Part shown: one piece after another, positions 49,897 through 60,528 of the stretch
Layout: every line of letters begins with the position of its first letter
Numbering within the stretch: the stretch's first letter is position 1
NCBI GenBank assembly: GCA_963663385.2
Contig: CAXXXD010000004.1
Coordinates: 896,001 to 960,000 of the forward strand
Direction: 5' to 3'
Origin: Oceanispirochaeta sp.
Lineage (GTDB): Bacteria > Spirochaetota > Spirochaetia > DSM-2461
DNA length: 64,000 nucleotides
The notes under the pieces: model-generated
What the model was told of the DNA's origin: nothing
Databases searched by the model: none
What the model saw: the letters and a program-made list of their open reading frames with translations, nothing else
Made by a program: the position numbers and the translations under genes

Positions 49897-51228
49897 ATGG
49901 CAGGTAATCCACTTTACGACATGTTTAGAATCAGAGAGTTGAGGACGAAAATTTTCTTTACTCTCGGAATGCTGATTATTTTCAGGCTTGGTGCTATCTT
50001 GCCGATTCCCGGTATTGATGCCTCCGCTTTGAGTCTTTATTTCATGAATCAGGCAGCTACCGGATCCTCTATGGGTATTACGGAATATCTGGACTTCTTT
50101 GCCGGTGGGGCATTCAAGAACTTCTCAATTTTCATGTTGGGAATTATGCCCTATATTTCCATGTCTATTATCATGCAGCTTCTGCTGCTGGTATTCCCTG
50201 TCTTGAAAAAGATTTCGGAAGAAGACGGTGGAAAAAAGAAGATCCAGAAATTAATTCGTTATGGAACGGTAGTGGTCTGTGTGATTCAGTCCTATGCTGT
50301 AACTGTTTACGCGAGTAGAATTCCGGATGCGATTATTCCATCCATGGTTGGATGGAGATACACCGTTGTTGCCATGCTGACAGTTACAACAGGAACAATG
50401 TTTCTGATGTGGATTGGTGAGCAGATAAATGCCAGAGGGATTGGTAATGGAATATCCATGCTGATTTTTGCCGGTATTGTCGCTAGAATGCCTGGTGCAT
50501 TCAATGTATTGGGAAGAGAGATCCGTAGTGGAAATCTCAACCCTGTTTTTGTAATCTTTGCTTTGCTTATGTTTGTTGGTATCATTATGCTGGTGATCTA
50601 CGAACAGCAGGGTCAGAGAAAAATCCCTGTTAATTATGCTAAGAGAATTGTTGGAAGAAGAATCTATGGGGCGCAGAATACCTACATCCCTATCAAGATC
50701 AATCCCAGTGGAGTAATCCCTGTTATTTTTGCATCATCTATTCTGACTTTTCCATTGCAGATTGCAGGAACTTTAGGTAGCAGCAGTAAAACCTGGTCTC
50801 AGATTGCCAGCTGGCTTCGGCCCAACGGCGCCCCCTACCTCGTTTTATATACGTTGTTAATTGTCTTTTTTGCTTACTTTTATACTCAGGTTTCCATGAA
50901 TCCTATTGAAATTGCTAGGCAAATAAGAGAAAATGGCGGTTCAATACCTGGAATACGTTCGGAGAATATGGAGGGGTATTTAACTAAAGTACTTAACCGT
51001 ATAGTTTTCCCCGGAGCTATGTTTCTGGCATTGATTGCATTGATTCCTTCCTTTATCATAAACCTGTTCGGTTTTCCCCAGCAGGTAGCGTATTTAATGG
51101 GAGGTACCTCGCTTTTGATCATGGTTGGTGTTGACCTTGATACAATGAGTCAGATTGAAGGTCATCTTAAGATGCACCATCATGACGGGTTGGTAAAGCG
51201 CGGTAAACTGAGAACAAGAAACCTATAA
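49897..51228 (+). CDS. secY: Preprotein translocase subunit SecY
   Basis: LGIMPYI, GIGNGIS, GVIPVIFA, GGTSLLI. Confidence 0.98.
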   Translation: MAGNPLYDMFRIRELRTKIFFTLGMLIIFRLGAILPIPGIDASALSLYFMNQAATGSSMGITEYLDFFAGGAFKNFSIFMLGIMPYISMSIIMQLLLLVFPVLKKISEEDGGKKKIQKLIRYGTVVVCVIQSYAVTVYASRIPDAIIPSMVGWRYTVVAMLTVTTGTMFLMWIGEQINARGIGNGISMLIFAGIVARMPGAFNVLGREIRSGNLNPVFVIFALLMFVGIIMLVIYEQQGQRKIPVNYAKRIVGRRIYGAQNTYIPIKINPSGVIPVIFASSILTFPLQIAGTLGSSSKTWSQIASWLRPNGAPYLVLYTLLIVFFAYFYTQVSMNPIEIARQIRENGGSIPGIRSENMEGYLTKVLNRIVFPGAMFLALIALIPSFIINLFGFPQQVAYLMGGTSLLIMVGVDLDTMSQIEGHLKMHHHDGLVKRGKLRTRNL

Positions 51229-51241
51229 GAGGTGAATGAAA

Positions 51242-51355
51242 ATGAAAGTTAGAGCAAGTGTTAAACCAATTTGCGATAAGTGTAAGGTTATCAGGAGAAG
51301 GGGTGTCCTGAGAATCGTATGTGAAAACCCGAAACATAAACAGAGACAGAAGTAG
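51242..51355 (+). CDS. rpmJ: 50S ribosomal protein L36 (not in ORF track)
   Basis: [37 protein letters not shown]. Confidence 0.97.
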   Translation: MKVRASVKPICDKCKVIRRRGVLRIVCENPKHKQRQK

Positions 51356-51366
51356 GAGGTCCATAA

Positions 51367-51732
51367 GTGGCTCGTATTGCAGGTATTGATCTGCCTAATA
51401 AGCATACAGATATTGCGCTGACCTATATTTTCGGTATAGGAAGAACTTCTGCGAAAACTATCTGTGCTAAAACAGGTGTTGATCCTGAAAAAAGAATTAA
51501 TGATCTTACAGCTGACGAGGTTAATGAACTGAGGAAGCTGATTGAAAATGAATATAAAGTTGAAGGTCGCCTGAGGTCCGAAGTTGCCTTGAATATCAAG
51601 AGACTTATGGATATCGGTTGTTACCGGGGTCTTCGCCATAGAAAAGGCTTGCCCGTTAACGGACAGAGAACCAAGACAAATGCCCGTACCAGAAAGGGAA
51701 AGGTTAAAACCGTCGCTAAAAAGAAAAAGTAG
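51367..51732 (+). CDS. rpsM: 30S ribosomal protein S13
   Basis: [24 protein letters not shown]. Confidence 0.98.
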   Translation: MARIAGIDLPNKHTDIALTYIFGIGRTSAKTICAKTGVDPEKRINDLTADEVNELRKLIENEYKVEGRLRSEVALNIKRLMDIGCYRGLRHRKGLPVNGQRTKTNARTRKGKVKTVAKKKK

Positions 51733-51753
51733 AACGGTTGGAGGTTTTTGAAA

Positions 51754-52134
51754 TTGGCTAAGGCAAAAAAAAGAAAAGATAAGAAAAGTGTTTATGAAGG
51801 AAATGTCTACATTCAGGCAACTTTCAATAATACAATTGTAACTATTACTGATCTGAAGGGAAATGCCATTTCCTGGAGTAGCGCCGGTTCTCTTGGTTTC
51901 AAGGGTGCTAAAAAATCTACTCCCTATGCGGCTCAGACTACTGCTGAGACAGCAGCTAACAGAGCTCTGGATTTTGGTCTTCAGGAAGTTAATGTATACG
52001 TTAAGGGGCCCGGCGTCGGTAGAGAATCGGCAATACGTTCTCTTGGCGGACTTGGTCTGAGAGTAAGATCCATTAAGGATATAACTCCTATCCCCCACAA
52101 TGGATGCAGACCCAAGAAGAGTAGAAGAGTTTAA
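51754..52134 (+). CDS. rpsK: 30S ribosomal protein S11
   Basis: [28 protein letters not shown] start is inferred. Confidence 0.97.
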   Translation: MAKAKKRKDKKSVYEGNVYIQATFNNTIVTITDLKGNAISWSSAGSLGFKGAKKSTPYAAQTTAETAANRALDFGLQEVNVYVKGPGVGRESAIRSLGGLGLRVRSIKDITPIPHNGCRPKKSRRV

Positions 52135-52219
52135 TTGTAACGAAGTGATAGCAGGATTGATTTACTGAATTAATCAGGTAATAACCAGCAGGATCGCTTA
52201 TTCTTAGTAAGGAGCAGAA

Positions 52220-53260
52220 ATGGCACGTAAAAACCTGTTGAAGGGATTTAAACGACCAAAGGGAATCACCTTTGAACATGGTGAGCAGGAATCAAATTAT
52301 GGAAAGTTTATGGCTTATCCTTTTGAGAGAGGGTACGGTGCGACTATAGGAAACTCCTTGCGTCGGATTCTGTTGTCTTCCATTCAGGGGTATGCTATTA
52401 CAGCAGTGAGGATAACCAGCTATAATAAAGATGGCAACGCTCATGTTATTACCAGTGAATTTGAATCAATTCCTGAGGTTGTTGAAGATACTCCCGAATT
52501 TATTAGTAATTTAAAATCACTGCAATTAAGCCTGCCGGAAGATATTGAAGAGAAAACTATACTGATCGAATGGAAAGGTGCCGGTAATTTGACCGGTGCC
52601 GATCTTGAAAAAGATGGTGTAGTGGTTACAAATAAAGATTTTCAACTTTGTACCATGATGGAAAATGCTGATCTGGAGTTTGAAATCCAGATCGATCTGG
52701 GACGCGGATATGTTCCTTCGGAACTCAATGAGAAATACATTGATGTTGTTGGAACCATTCCTGTTGACTCTATTTTCTCACCCATCAAAAAGGTCCGGTA
52801 TGAAGTAGAAAATACCCGTGTCGGTCAGAGATCTGACTATGATAAACTAATAATTGAAATCTGGACGGACGGGACTATTTCACCTGAAGATGCTCTGGCT
52901 GAATCTGCTAAGATTGCAAAAGATCATTTCACCATTTTTATTAACTTCGACGAAGATGATGTAATTGGTGATGATGAAGTTGATGAGGAAGAAGAGAGAG
53001 TTAAAGCTCTTCTGGACACACCGGTTGAAGAACTGGAGTTGTCTGTACGTTCAAGTAATTGTCTGAAAAATGCGAATATTAAAACCATCGGTGACCTTAC
53101 CAGGAGAACTGAAGAAGATATAGCGAAAACCAGAAATTTCGGTAAAAAATCCCTGATGGAAATCAAGGAGAAACTGAAGGAATGGAACCTGTCTCTCGGA
53201 ATGGTTGATTACAGTGTTTTGAAGAAAACAATTAAACTTGAGAATAATAAGGAAGAATAG
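52220..53260 (+). CDS. rpoA: RNA polymerase alpha subunit
   Basis: [33 protein letters not shown]. Confidence 0.98.
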   Translation: MARKNLLKGFKRPKGITFEHGEQESNYGKFMAYPFERGYGATIGNSLRRILLSSIQGYAITAVRITSYNKDGNAHVITSEFESIPEVVEDTPEFISNLKSLQLSLPEDIEEKTILIEWKGAGNLTGADLEKDGVVVTNKDFQLCTMMENADLEFEIQIDLGRGYVPSELNEKYIDVVGTIPVDSIFSPIKKVRYEVENTRVGQRSDYDKLIIEIWTDGTISPEDALAESAKIAKDHFTIFINFDEDDVIGDDEVDEEEERVKALLDTPVEELELSVRSSNCLKNANIKTIGDLTRRTEEDIAKTRNFGKKSLMEIKEKLKEWNLSLGMVDYSVLKKTIKLENNKEE

Positions 53261-53262
53261 TC

Positions 53263-53697
53263 ATGCATAATCGAATCGGTTTTAACAGACTGGGTCGTAA
53301 GGCCAGTCACAGAAAAGCCCTTCACAGAAACATGGTTACTTCTCTGTTCAAGCATGAGAGAATTAAAACCACAAAAACCAAAGCTATGGAAATCAGAAGA
53401 ACTGCAGAAAAAATGATTACCAGAGCAAAGGTTGATTCTGTGCACAATCGGAGGATTGTGGCAAAAGCAATACAGGATAAAGATGTTTTAAATAAGCTAT
53501 TTACTGAAATTGCACCCCGTTTTACTGAGAGACCTGGTGGATATACCAGAGTTCTTAAAATGGGTTTTCGTCAGGGAGATGCTGCAGAAGTAGTACTCCT
53601 GGAACTGGTTGAAAAAGCAGGAACCGAAGAGAAACCTGCAAAAGCAACTGCTAAAAAAACTGTAGAGAAGAAAGAAGCCGTAGAAAGCGATTCTTAA
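53263..53697 (+). CDS. rplQ: 50S ribosomal protein L17
   Basis: [21 protein letters not shown]. Confidence 0.98.
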   Translation: MHNRIGFNRLGRKASHRKALHRNMVTSLFKHERIKTTKTKAMEIRRTAEKMITRAKVDSVHNRRIVAKAIQDKDVLNKLFTEIAPRFTERPGGYTRVLKMGFRQGDAAEVVLLELVEKAGTEEKPAKATAKKTVEKKEAVESDS

Positions 53698-53735
53698 ACT
53701 ATTCTCTAAGGTTCAACAAGTAATTTCACGATATT

Positions 53736-53782
53736 AGTAAGGAAGGTCTCCCTTTTTTAGGGGATATCTTCCTTATTTTTTT
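53736..53782 (+). terminator. Rho-independent terminator of the ribosomal supercluster
   Basis: AGTAAGGAAGGT..ATCTTCCTTATT long stem followed by a T-run. Confidence 0.8.
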
Positions 53783-53797
53783 GAGGAAATCGGCTGA

Positions 53798-56700
53798 ATG
53801 CGACAAATGAATAAAATATTAATAGCTCTGCTTGTCTCTCTGTTCGCTGTCAGCATGTTCAGCTTTTTTGCTTTTACGGGTTTTTTCTCTTTCCTTGAAT
53901 CTCAGTATTTCAGCCAGAAAATCATTAAGAACCAGCAGGACAGGTTGCAGACAAACTCTGATCTTGTTCAGGAATATCATCAGGCAAACTTTTCACGTCT
54001 TGAAAATATACTTCAGCTGAATTTCATAAGAAATGTCTATGATCCTTCTCAGGAAAGAAGGGATATTAATGACAGGGCTAATCTGTTTGGTCGTCTTAAA
54101 GATGAACTGATAGGCTTTCAGTCAGTAAAAATAATTGATGAAAAGGCGTTGTCCATTCTTTACAGTACAGATGGAAATGATATAAAACAGCGAAATACCG
54201 AAAGAATCTTATATAAGCTGTGGAAGGAATCCGGTGATTTTTCTAATGAGATTTCTATGATCGAATCAGAGGACTCACTTCCTGAATATTTTTATGACTA
54301 TGTGAATAGTCGGATCCTCTATCTCTTTCCAGCTATTGATCAGTACGGGCTTTTTAAGGGTACAGCTGTTTTTTACTTTTCTATAAATGGCATGCAGGAT
54401 TATCTATTCAGAAGAGGTGGCGTTTCCGATCCTGATCGCCTTCATATCATTAATGAAAATACTGTTCTATACAATCTATCAAGTTCTCAGATAGTTACCC
54501 TGTCGGATAACCTGAAGCGTTTTTTGGTAAACGCCGGGAAGAGTGAGTATATCCAAAAAGTCGCATTCGAAGGCGAGTCTGAATATTTCCTGATCCAGTG
54601 TATAGACGAGAATAATACAGCCGGGATAATGGCCATCCAGGGGGAAGAGCTTGTCTTATCAATAGAATATAAGATATTGCTTCTTGTTTCCCTTTTCGTA
54701 ACACTTTTTCTGGTTATTTTTCTTCTTTTAAATTTCAGACAGGATAAGGATCTAATCTTAAAGCAGAGGATACGTAAATTTCAGCTGACTTTTTTAAAGG
54801 AGCTGATGGATGTACAGGATCAACTGGATTGGGAAAGTTATGAAACCGAATTTAAAACCAGAAAGGATGAAGTTAAGAAAGAGATCCTGAAAGGATTTTC
54901 AGAGAAATACAGGGAATTAAATAAAGAGAAGATAGATGCTCTGATCGATAGTCGGTGGGAAGAAATTATACAGGTTCTGAAAAGCAAGATGATTCGGGAG
55001 CCCGAAGAACCACAATTTTCTGTAAGTGATCTGGAGAGGATGATCAAATCCGCGCTTGTTGATGCACATTTTACTATAGAAAATGCAGATGTCAGGAATC
55101 TGGCTCCACAGAAAGCAAAAGCTGTAAATGATTTCAGCGGTATGAAACCTGTTGAAGTGGAAGTACTGGATGATCTCGAAGAAGCGGAATCGATTGACGA
55201 AGCTGAAGAGATAGAAGAGCTTGATGAAGTTTCAGATCTATCCCCCCTAGGGAAGCCCGTTGAAGTCGAAGTCCTTGATGAGCTGGATGGTGTTGATGAA
55301 ATAGAAGAGCTGGATGATTTTGAGGAGATTGAAGAACTTGATACTCAATCCGCGACACAATACCTGGGGAAACCAGTTGACGTTGAAGTTCTGAATGATC
55401 AGGACAATGTTGATGATATTGAGGAACTGGATGAGCTTGAAGAGCTGAGTGAAGTAGAAGAGCTGAGTGAAGACGAGGAACTGAGTGAACTCGAAGAGCT
55501 GAGTGAACTCGAGGAACTGAGTGAACTCGAGGAAATTGGTGAAGTCGAGGAAATCGGTGAAGTCGAGGAAATCGGTGAAGTCGAGGAAATCGGTGAAGTC
55601 GAGGAAATCGGTGAAGTCGAGGAAATCGGTGAAGTCGAGGAAATCGGTGAAGTCGAGGAAATCGGTGAAGTCGAGGAAATCGGTGAAGTCGAGGAAATCG
55701 GTGAAGTCGAAGAAATCGGTGAAGTCGAAGAACTGGGAAAGGAAGATTTATATATAGATCTTGATGAAATGGGGACAGGTTCTAATATTGAGGGTCTTGT
55801 AGCTTCAATGAATGTTGATGAAATTTCAAAAGATCTTGAATCACGGTATAATACCTTTATCAGTAATGCTCCTTCACAGGCGGATGAGGATATTGAAGAA
55901 CTGTATGAATTTATTGGTGGATTTGTTGAGCTGGAAGATCTCCCTCAGGAAGAGCTTGGAACATTGCCACTGGTTCTGGATCAATCGAATATCTATCAGG
56001 ATTTGATTGAACTCGAAAATTCAGAAGATTTAAATATGGCCGATTCGGCATTCTTTAACGAATACACAATTAACTATAAAGCGATTAACAGAAAAAAACT
56101 TGAAATGAATAACGAAGATATTGTTCAAGAGGTTGGTTCTGTAGCTACTTTAGTCTCTCACGAAGAGAGAAAAGCAGTTTCTGAAGTATCAGACAACCTG
56201 ATCGAACTGGATATTGTTAGCCCGCGGGAGCACTATGGTGAGAGCGGTTTTCCTGTTAGATTTGATAACATCAGGTCGATAGATCTTGGAGATAAAGAGA
56301 GCGAGGTTGCAATGGGAGAAGATAAAAACGCTGAAATGGAAGCCTTTGGCAAGACCGAAGAGAATCTGCCCATGGACGATCGTGAAGATTTGGAAGAACT
56401 TGATGAAGTAGAAGAATTCGACGAATTGGAGACGCTTGACGAAGTGGATGAAACAGAAGAATTTGATGAGATAGAAGAACTGGATGAGATAGAAGAACTG
56501 GATGAGATAGAAGAACTGGATGAGATAGAAGAACTGGATGAGATAGAAGAACTGGATGAGATAGAAGAACTGGATGAGATAGAAGAACTGGATGAGATAG
56601 AAGAACTGGATGAGATAGAAGAACTCTCTCCTCAGCATTTAATTAGTTTTTCAGAATTTACTGAAATTACGGGTTTTAGAGAGAAGGAATCTACAGGAGG

Positions 56701-57286
56701 AGTCTCTCCGCATATATCGGCTGAAAAAGACGAATCTGACAAGGTGAGTGAAGCGTCCAGTATTGGGGATTTGATTCAGACTATGACAGATGACCTGCTT
56801 CCGTTTGGTGATGAGGAAGAGGAACTGCAGGAAGCCATATCAGAACATGGACAGATTGTTCTTGATGAAACAGGTCTGGATTTTGATTATTTCAGAGCTT
56901 CCTATAAAAAGGATTCTCTTGGATTGCTGAAAGCATTGAGGGATATTACCAGAGAATTCGATGCCTTGTGCGGTATTCTGTATAGAAAAGAGAATCAGAA
57001 GATTACTCCAGTACATTCTATTGGTATTAATGAAGAGGGTGTGGATTCTCTGAGGTCTCCTGTAAATGGAGAAAAACTGGCAGACCTTCTATCCGGTAAT
57101 GATGTATTTTATATTAGGAATAATCGGGAATCTGATTTCTCTGAATATTTTAATCACAGTGATTTCAGTTTATTCAATACGGGTGTTTTTATACCTCTTA
57201 AAAGTATCCAAAAATTTGATTACATTTATTTGGGATATAAGAATACAGCATCCTGTTTTATGGAAAAAATAACAGAAAAAAAATAG
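53798..57286 (+). CDS. Large membrane protein: TM, periplasmic sensor-like domain, TM, long acidic repeat region, GAF-like C-terminal domain
   Basis: Two hydrophobic segments; Glu/Asp-rich tandem repeats; folded-looking C-terminus. Start may be at 53807. Confidence 0.75.
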   Translation: MRQMNKILIALLVSLFAVSMFSFFAFTGFFSFLESQYFSQKIIKNQQDRLQTNSDLVQEYHQANFSRLENILQLNFIRNVYDPSQERRDINDRANLFGRLKDELIGFQSVKIIDEKALSILYSTDGNDIKQRNTERILYKLWKESGDFSNEISMIESEDSLPEYFYDYVNSRILYLFPAIDQYGLFKGTAVFYFSINGMQDYLFRRGGVSDPDRLHIINENTVLYNLSSSQIVTLSDNLKRFLVNAGKSEYIQKVAFEGESEYFLIQCIDENNTAGIMAIQGEELVLSIEYKILLLVSLFVTLFLVIFLLLNFRQDKDLILKQRIRKFQLTFLKELMDVQDQLDWESYETEFKTRKDEVKKEILKGFSEKYRELNKEKIDALIDSRWEEIIQVLKSKMIREPEEPQFSVSDLERMIKSALVDAHFTIENADVRNLAPQKAKAVNDFSGMKPVEVEVLDDLEEAESIDEAEEIEELDEVSDLSPLGKPVEVEVLDELDGVDEIEELDDFEEIEELDTQSATQYLGKPVDVEVLNDQDNVDDIEELDELEELSEVEELSEDEELSELEELSELEELSELEEIGEVEEIGEVEEIGEVEEIGEVEEIGEVEEIGEVEEIGEVEEIGEVEEIGEVEEIGEVEEIGEVEELGKEDLYIDLDEMGTGSNIEGLVASMNVDEISKDLESRYNTFISNAPSQADEDIEELYEFIGGFVELEDLPQEELGTLPLVLDQSNIYQDLIELENSEDLNMADSAFFNEYTINYKAINRKKLEMNNEDIVQEVGSVATLVSHEERKAVSEVSDNLIELDIVSPREHYGESGFPVRFDNIRSIDLGDKESEVAMGEDKNAEMEAFGKTEENLPMDDREDLEELDEVEEFDELETLDEVDETEEFDEIEELDEIEELDEIEELDEIEELDEIEELDEIEELDEIEELDEIEELDEIEELSPQHLISFSEFTEITGFREKESTGGVSPHISAEKDESDKVSEASSIGDLIQTMTDDLLPFGDEEEELQEAISEHGQIVLDETGLDFDYFRASYKKDSLGLLKALRDITREFDALCGILYRKENQKITPVHSIGINEEGVDSLRSPVNGEKLADLLSGNDVFYIRNNRESDFSEYFNHSDFSLFNTGVFIPLKSIQKFDYIYLGYKNTASCFMEKITEKK
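55529..55726 (+). repeat. In-frame 18-bp tandem repeat, 11 copies (GAGGAAATCGGTGAAGTC, EEIGEV)
   Basis: Counted directly; the first and last units each have one synonymous change. Confidence 0.95.
56465..56626 (+). repeat. In-frame 18-bp tandem repeat, 9 copies (GATGAGATAGAAGAACTG, DEIEEL)
   Basis: Counted directly; 8 identical units plus one differing at the last base. Confidence 0.95.
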
Positions 57287-57339
57287 AAATCCATAGTCTT
57301 GTCATGGTTTCTCCTGATTTTGTTTAAAAATGGTTTGAC

Positions 57340-57367
57340 TTGACAAATGGATAGTTACTTATATAAT
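57340..57367 (+). promoter_or_regulatory. Consensus sigma70 promoter of rny-ymdB-tlyA
   Basis: TTGACA-N16-TATAAT. Confidence 0.75.
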
Positions 57368-57397
57368 CATAAACATCTTGTAAATTTAGGGGGATAT

Positions 57398-58927
57398 ATG
57401 GCAACTGTCTATATGATAGCGCTTCCCCTCGTTGGAATTTTTCTAGGTTGGACAATTAGATGGCTTTATGCCAGATATCAGCTCTCATCGTCAGAGCAGA
57501 AATCTTTGAGACTGAAACAGGACGCAGTTAAAGAAGCAGAGCAGGAAAAGAAGAGTATTCTTCTTGATGCACAGAATCAGATTATGAAAGAACGTCGTCA
57601 GGTGGAGCGGGAAAGCCGTGACAGAAGAAACGAAGTTCAGAAGTACGAAAGAAGAGTGCAGCAGAAGGAAGATAATCTTGACAAGAAATCTGCCATTCTC
57701 GAGAAAAAGTTGTCCTCTATTTCAGATATTGAAAATTCTCTGGAAAAGAGAGAAGAAGCAGTAGCTGCAGAAGAGATCCGCTGGCAGGCGGAACTGGAGA
57801 AAATCTCAGGTCTAACCACAGACGAGGCGAAGAAATTAATAATTCAAAGTTTGGAGAACGAAGCCAAACATGATGCTCAGGCTCTGGTCAATAAAATTGA
57901 GCAGGAAGCTAACCTTACAGCTGAAAAAAAGGCTCGTGACATCATAATTACAACAATTCAGCGTTTGGCAACTGATGTAAGTACGGAGATCACTGTTACA
58001 TCTGTCAGTCTGCCTAATGATGAAATGAAGGGGCGAATAATTGGTCGGGAAGGCCGGAATATCCGTACTCTTGAAACACTGACAGGAGTAGATATTATTA
58101 TCGATGATACTCCCGAGGCTGTTGTAATATCTTGTTTTGATCCTATTCGAAAGGTGATAGCAAAGATCGCTCTGGAACGGCTTATTGCTGATGGACGGAT
58201 TCATCCGGCACGGATAGAGGAAGTTGTTCAGAAGGTAACGAAAGAGATCAGTCAGACGATTTATGAAGAAGGGGAGAAGATTCTCTTTGATCTGGGTATA
58301 CATAATATAAGACCAGAGGGAATTAGGGCCCTTGGACGGTTGCATTTCAGAACCAGCTACGGCCAGAATGTCCTTTCCCACTCTAAAGAAGTTGCGGTTA
58401 TAGCCGGTATGATAGCAGCGGAAGTGGGGGCTGACCGTGAAATTGCCAAACGAGGAGCACTTCTGCATGACATTGGTAAGGGACTGGAAACGGATGGTGA
58501 TGGAAATCATGCCGAACTTGGTGCTGAGCTGTGTAAGCGTATGGGAGAGGATCCCCGGATAATAAATGCTGTTGGTGCCCATCATAATGATATCGAGATA
58601 ACTTCTATAGAAGGTATTATTGTACAGGTAGCAGATGCCATTTCGGCTGCAAGACCAGGCGCCAGACGTGAAACTCTGGATAACTACATCAAGAGGCTGG
58701 AGAATCTTGAAAAGATTGCCATGAGTTTTGAGGGTGTGGAAAAAGTATTTGCTATTCAGGCAGGTAGAGAATTGAGAATTATGGTCAATAACGACAAGAT
58801 TGATGATCAGAAATCCCAGCTCCTTGCCAAGGATATTGCCAAGAAAATCGAGAATGAACTGAAGTACCCCGGACGTATCCGAGTTACAATTATTCGCGAA
58901 ACCAGGGCTGTCGAATACGCCCGTTAG
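57398..58927 (+). CDS. rny: Ribonuclease Y
   Basis: N-terminal TM, coiled coil, KH ([13 protein letters not shown]), HD (LLHDIGK). Start set at the ATG after the promoter and RBS. Confidence 0.97.
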   Translation: MATVYMIALPLVGIFLGWTIRWLYARYQLSSSEQKSLRLKQDAVKEAEQEKKSILLDAQNQIMKERRQVERESRDRRNEVQKYERRVQQKEDNLDKKSAILEKKLSSISDIENSLEKREEAVAAEEIRWQAELEKISGLTTDEAKKLIIQSLENEAKHDAQALVNKIEQEANLTAEKKARDIIITTIQRLATDVSTEITVTSVSLPNDEMKGRIIGREGRNIRTLETLTGVDIIIDDTPEAVVISCFDPIRKVIAKIALERLIADGRIHPARIEEVVQKVTKEISQTIYEEGEKILFDLGIHNIRPEGIRALGRLHFRTSYGQNVLSHSKEVAVIAGMIAAEVGADREIAKRGALLHDIGKGLETDGDGNHAELGAELCKRMGEDPRIINAVGAHHNDIEITSIEGIIVQVADAISAARPGARRETLDNYIKRLENLEKIAMSFEGVEKVFAIQAGRELRIMVNNDKIDDQKSQLLAKDIAKKIENELKYPGRIRVTIIRETRAVEYAR

Positions 58928-58937
58928 GATGTAAATA

Positions 58938-59726
58938 TTGGCGGAAGCATTACGCGCCCTCATTCTGGGAGATGTTGTTGGCTCTCCCGGGAGCAGGGCG
59001 CTTTTCTTTGGACTAAAAAACTTAATTAAAGAATACAGAGCCGATCTTGTTGTTGTAAACGGCGAGAATGCGGCTGGTGGTTTCGGTCTGACTCATGAGG
59101 ATTCGGACCGTTTCTTTTCTGTTGGTACAGATGTAATTACGACAGGAAATCATATCTGGCAGAAAAGGGAGATCCTGGAGTCTCTGGATACGGAAGAACG
59201 TCTTCTGAGGCCTGCCAATTATCCCCCCGGTGTTCCGGGGCACGGGTATTGCATTATTCAGAAGAAGGGAATGAACGTCGCTGTAATCAACCTTCTGGGG
59301 CGGTCTCGTATGGGATTTAACGGGGAGTGCCCCTTCAGGACCGGAAAAAAGATCCTTCAGAAAATCGGTAGTGATTGTGATTACTCTCTGATCGATTTTC
59401 ACGCGGAAGATCCCATGGAAAAGGAAGCTCTGGCCTATTATCTGGATGGAACAGCTTCCCTTGTCTATGGAACTCATACTCATATCCAGACAGGGGATGA
59501 AAGAATCCTTCCTAAAGGCACCGGATATATTACGGATATCGGGATGGTCGGACCCGAGTACAGTGTCATCGGCTCTGATCCGGAGCAGTCAATCAAGCGG
59601 AGCATCTCTCAACTTCCCATTAAAATGGAAGTGATTGATCATACACCGCTTATATGCGGAATCCTTGTAGAATTGGACGAAGGCAGGACTAAAACGATCG
59701 AAAGGGTTAGAGTCAGGGGAATCTGA
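58938..59726 (+). CDS. ymdB: YmdB-family metallophosphoesterase
   Basis: GDVVG, NGENAAGG, TGNHIW, DFHAE, GTHTH; follows rny. Confidence 0.92.
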   Translation: MAEALRALILGDVVGSPGSRALFFGLKNLIKEYRADLVVVNGENAAGGFGLTHEDSDRFFSVGTDVITTGNHIWQKREILESLDTEERLLRPANYPPGVPGHGYCIIQKKGMNVAVINLLGRSRMGFNGECPFRTGKKILQKIGSDCDYSLIDFHAEDPMEKEALAYYLDGTASLVYGTHTHIQTGDERILPKGTGYITDIGMVGPEYSVIGSDPEQSIKRSISQLPIKMEVIDHTPLICGILVELDEGRTKTIERVRVRGI

Positions 59727-59729
59727 GTA

Positions 59730-60509
59730 ATGAAGAAAATTACTCTCTATCAGAAACTGAAGAAGGATTTTCCTGCAGTGCCTGAGAAAGAGCTCTATGC
59801 ACAGATACTCTGCGGAGAGGTCCTTGTGGATGAGCAGATCATAAGGGATCCCAAATTCCCGGTAGACACTGAAACCGGGATTATCCTTAATCCAAAAAAG
59901 TATGTTTCACGGGGTGGTTTTAAGCTCGAAAAAGCGATTGAGCTGTGGAAGCCCTCTCTTGAGGGCAGAATTGTGCTGGATGCAGGGTGTTCAACCGGAG
60001 GTTTTACTGACTGCCTTTTGAAGAATGGCGCAGCATCGGTCTATGCGGTAGATGTCGGGTATAATCAGCTGGACTATTCTCTGCGTACCAATCCCTCTGT
60101 CGTTGTAATGGAAAAAACCAATATTATGCATGTTCAGGATCTGGATCCCAGGCCGGACTGGGCTGTGGCAGACCTTTCTTTCAGGAGTATCCGTTCGGCA
60201 GCTTCTCATATTCTGTCCCTGACAAAAGAGAAGTTTCTTATCGCTCTGGTAAAACCTCAGTTTGAATGGCAGAACCCGGATGAGGATTTTTCCGGAGTTG
60301 TTTCGGATAAGGATCAGATACTGGAAATAGCTGCAGAGGTAATGGATGAGTTAAAGGAGGAATCTGCCTATGTGCTCAAGGCGGGAACTTCTCCTGTTTC
60401 CGGCCGTAAAGGCAACCGTGAACTCCTCTTCTGGATTTCCTCCGATGAAAATCTTGTATATCCCGAGAAAGAGGAGCTCCTTCTTTCCCTGTCAAGGGAG
60501 TTGAAATAG
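59730..60509 (+). CDS. tlyA: TlyA-family rRNA methyltransferase
   Basis: YVSRGGFKL, LDAGCSTGGFTD, VDVGYNQL, LVKPQFE, GRKGNRE. Confidence 0.93.
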   Translation: MKKITLYQKLKKDFPAVPEKELYAQILCGEVLVDEQIIRDPKFPVDTETGIILNPKKYVSRGGFKLEKAIELWKPSLEGRIVLDAGCSTGGFTDCLLKNGAASVYAVDVGYNQLDYSLRTNPSVVVMEKTNIMHVQDLDPRPDWAVADLSFRSIRSAASHILSLTKEKFLIALVKPQFEWQNPDEDFSGVVSDKDQILEIAAEVMDELKEESAYVLKAGTSPVSGRKGNRELLFWISSDENLVYPEKEELLLSLSRELK

Positions 60510-60528
60510 GCTCCCTGTTCTGAGAACT

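Noticed and set aside
51228..52220. Absence of adk, map, infA and rpsD from the spc/alpha cluster
   Set aside because: Such rearrangements are common in spirochaetes and the genes are presumably elsewhere in the genome.
55529..56626. Repeat arrays as CRISPR
   Set aside because: They are head-to-tail 18-mers with no spacers, lie in frame inside a CDS, and no cas genes are present.
55521..56638. Alternative-frame ORFs (SRKSVK)n and (FFYLIQ)n
   Set aside because: These are by-products of stop-free tandem repeats in other frames.
26800..57300. Visibly lower GC than the first 26 kb as a sign of horizontal transfer
   Set aside because: The region is mostly core translation genes, so expression-linked codon bias is the simpler explanation. 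No integrase or att site was seen at the tRNAs.
12978..57397. Longer upstream starts given by the ORF track (12978, 13360, 17829, 21471, 38413, 42493, 46273, 46614, 57347)
   Set aside because: Downstream starts fit the RBS, promoter positions, gene overlaps and family N-termini better.
59730..60509. TlyA as a haemolysin or virulence island
   Set aside because: It has methyltransferase motifs and sits in a housekeeping rny-ymdB context.
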